NCBI GenBank assembly: GCA_010909165.1 | Contig: VJWM01000019.1 | Location: forward strand, 434,001 to 498,000 | Reading direction: 5' to 3' | Origin: Anthoceros angustus | Lineage: Eukaryota; Plantae; Anthocerotophyta | Length of the DNA stretch: 64,000 nt | In this document: one piece after another, positions 61,974-64,000 of the stretch | How the letters are laid out: each line of letters starts with the position of its first letter | How positions within the stretch are numbered: position 1 is the stretch's first letter | Translations under genes and position numbers: made by a program | Notes under the pieces: model-generated | What the model saw: only the letters and a program-made list of their open reading frames with translations | The model's database searches: none | Told to the model about the DNA's origin: nothing

Positions 61974-63692
61974 ATGAGGCAGAGGACATATTGGCGCCTG
62001 CTGGTGCGAGTGGTGGATGCCGCCGCCGCCTCGGCAGGTGGGAGGAAGCAGGAGCTTCTGGGTAGTGGGCACCCGTGCAGGATCCAGGATGGACTGGCCT
62101 GGGGAATGTCGTTGGGTCCTGACCGGAATTCTTCCTTCATTGCAGTCAGAAACTATGCAGCTCCGATTGTGAGTAGAGTGCGGTGTTTTGGTAGCTTCAC
62201 GTCCATTGCTACCTCGCATTTTTGCCTTGTAGCAGGCATTAGAGTCAGCCAGCTGCGTGCAGGTGAAAGGCGGGAAGGCATCGAAGCAGAAACCCAGGCC
62301 TTCTGATAAAATTGAACCTGAGAAGGATCCACGGCGCGTTAACAGGGCTGTGGTGGCCAGGAACATCCGCCTTATTGGCGAGGACGGTGAGTAAGTGCCT
62401 GGGAAGGTGTGGTGTTTGTTGTCTAGATCTGCTAAACCTGCTGAAAAATGCTTGCCGGCATGGTGCTGTTTGTGGCAGGAAAAAGTCATGAGGTTCTTAC
62501 GAGAGCAGAGGCTCTTCAGCGTGCCCTTCGTTCGGGTTTGGATCTCGTTGAGGTACTCATTTGAGGTCTAAGTGGAAAATGATAAGCATTGACAGTTTGA
62601 TGCTAGTCAACTTGGGATTGCTGCTGCCTTGTCCAGTTTGGAGCATTTTTTTGATGTGTAGAAGCTTATCAATTCTTTCAGGTTGATGGCAAGGTTGATC
62701 CTGTTGTCTGCAAGCTTATGGACTACAAGAAGGAGAAGTTTAAGGAGAAGCAACGTGAGAAGGAACTTCGTAAAAAGCAGGTCTGCGGCACCTTGTTGGT
62801 GATTCCTCTGTAAGCTGGGACAGCAGCACGTCCGTGGAAATTCTTCCCACAGAGTGATTTGAAGGTGCATGGCATTCAGTGATGCAGTCACTAGGCTTGC
62901 TAGGATCTTAGGTTCGGGGTTTAACAGGCACAGTAGGATGTTGGAATGAACCGTGATCATTGAAGTGTGTATGGGGGTGAGAGCTCTCAACACTGATATG
63001 TCATGCCAGGTGGAGAAACGTCGACTAGATGATATGAAGGAGATCCGATATGGCTTCAAAACGGTAAGCAAGCCTTTCACGTCCACCTGTTCTTGTTCAG
63101 AGAGGAGTTAGCCCTTTCTTGCGCAGTTGTTGAAACAATGCTCTAAATATCAGGAGCAGAAGGATCTGGAAATGAAGGCAGAGATGGCGACAAGATCTTT
63201 GCAGCGGGGACATAGAGTCAAGGTGACTGCAGCCTAGTGAAACCCTAACGCTCATGGCAACCATTTGTGCTGGCTTGTGGAAATGTCTCTGGAATGAACG
63301 TTAGTGGCTGCCCTGTTGTTGCTAGGTCACGATTCTGACGCAGGGTCAGGCTGCGGATGGTGTTCCTCTACAGCAGCTGCAGAAAATGATTGATCTGGTA
63401 AGTAACCATGGCACCCCGGAAGGTCAATTGAAGTCAAGAGCCGGCTGCGTGACTCATGCCTGTTGGTGCACCACAGCTCAAGGATGTGTCCAAGATTGAG
63501 GTGGGTCCAAGATTGGATCCCACTCGCACCTGGGTGCTACTGCGACCTCTTTCGGTGACTTCCAGAAAGTCGGGACAAAAGTCAGGCGTCAAGGACGGGA
63601 GCGGTGATAGTGGTGACGATAGTGACAACGATGAGCCTCATCAAGTCGATGGCTTGGAAGACGATGGCGCTGCAATTCGGAGTATGAAATGA
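61974..63692 (+). CDS. IF3: Organellar translation initiation factor IF-3 (~8 exons)
   Basis: Spliced reading gives [18 protein letters not shown] / [24 protein letters not shown] / [20 protein letters not shown] / [10 protein letters not shown] / [23 protein letters not shown], each flanked by GT-AG. The start codon is inferred. Confidence 0.85.
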
Positions 63693-64000
63693 GTCAAAAC
63701 TCTTTGGAGTCCCCGTCAGTGCTCTCGTCATTGACAACTGTGTGTCTATGTCGCTGAATGGAGCTCAATGCAATAGAACAAATGAAGCATTCAGCAAATT
63801 TTCCTTGCAAGTGGCAGACGAAGAGCGTTGAAGCTAAAAGTTGTGGATCCATCTTCGGATTGCACGACATTAGAAGGAAAGCCAAAGACGGATGGGCCCA
63901 AAGAATTGCTAGGATACAGGAGAAGTCTTGGATGTCTCGTCAACCGGGAGTCCAGTACCAGAGAGAAGAATATCTACATGTGCACCGAAGGAATTGACCT

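Noticed and set aside
60698-62140. 480-aa version of GLO from the ORF track
   Set aside because: Homology starts at MATEVVNV (~61807-61813). The extension overlaps the IF3 5' exon and is probably UTR.

Overview
Eukaryotic streptophyte (most likely non-seed land plant) nuclear DNA with short GT-AG introns. No CRISPR array and no prokaryotic operon. Well-supported genes, in order: an At1g54920-like acidic protein running off the left edge, WDHD1/AND-1/Ctf4, a class III peroxidase, cyclin L1, an orphan multi-pass membrane protein, a BTB-like protein, an ADP/ATP carrier, a very large repeat-rich orphan protein, a lipoate-protein ligase family protein, a tandem pair of small orphan genes, DNA polymerase kappa, tRNA-Arg(CCG), a YqeH-type GTPase, NADPH:quinone oxidoreductase, a glycolate oxidase-family enzyme and an organellar IF3. 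Accessory DNA (about 6.7-12, 13.5-20 and 23.7-31.4 kb) holds many short tandem repeats, a 3' fragment of an RLE-type non-LTR retrotransposon, a dispersed repeat with AATAAA/(TTC)n ends and two tRNA-derived elements. Local duplication recurs throughout the window: a peroxidase gene/pseudogene pair, a membrane-protein pair, a 1.33-kb duplication in the BTB gene, a decayed minus-strand pair at 46-48 kb, the 49.9/51.6 kb pair and a triplicated tRNA-end/promoter/transit-peptide unit. The most interesting signals are a 12-motif [VIAS]QT array resembling a multivalent LC8 dynein-light-chain docking platform in the giant orphan protein, an intronless glycolate oxidase homolog with altered specificity residues, and a BTB domain split by a long insertion. 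Homolog names come from recalled family motifs, not from database searches.
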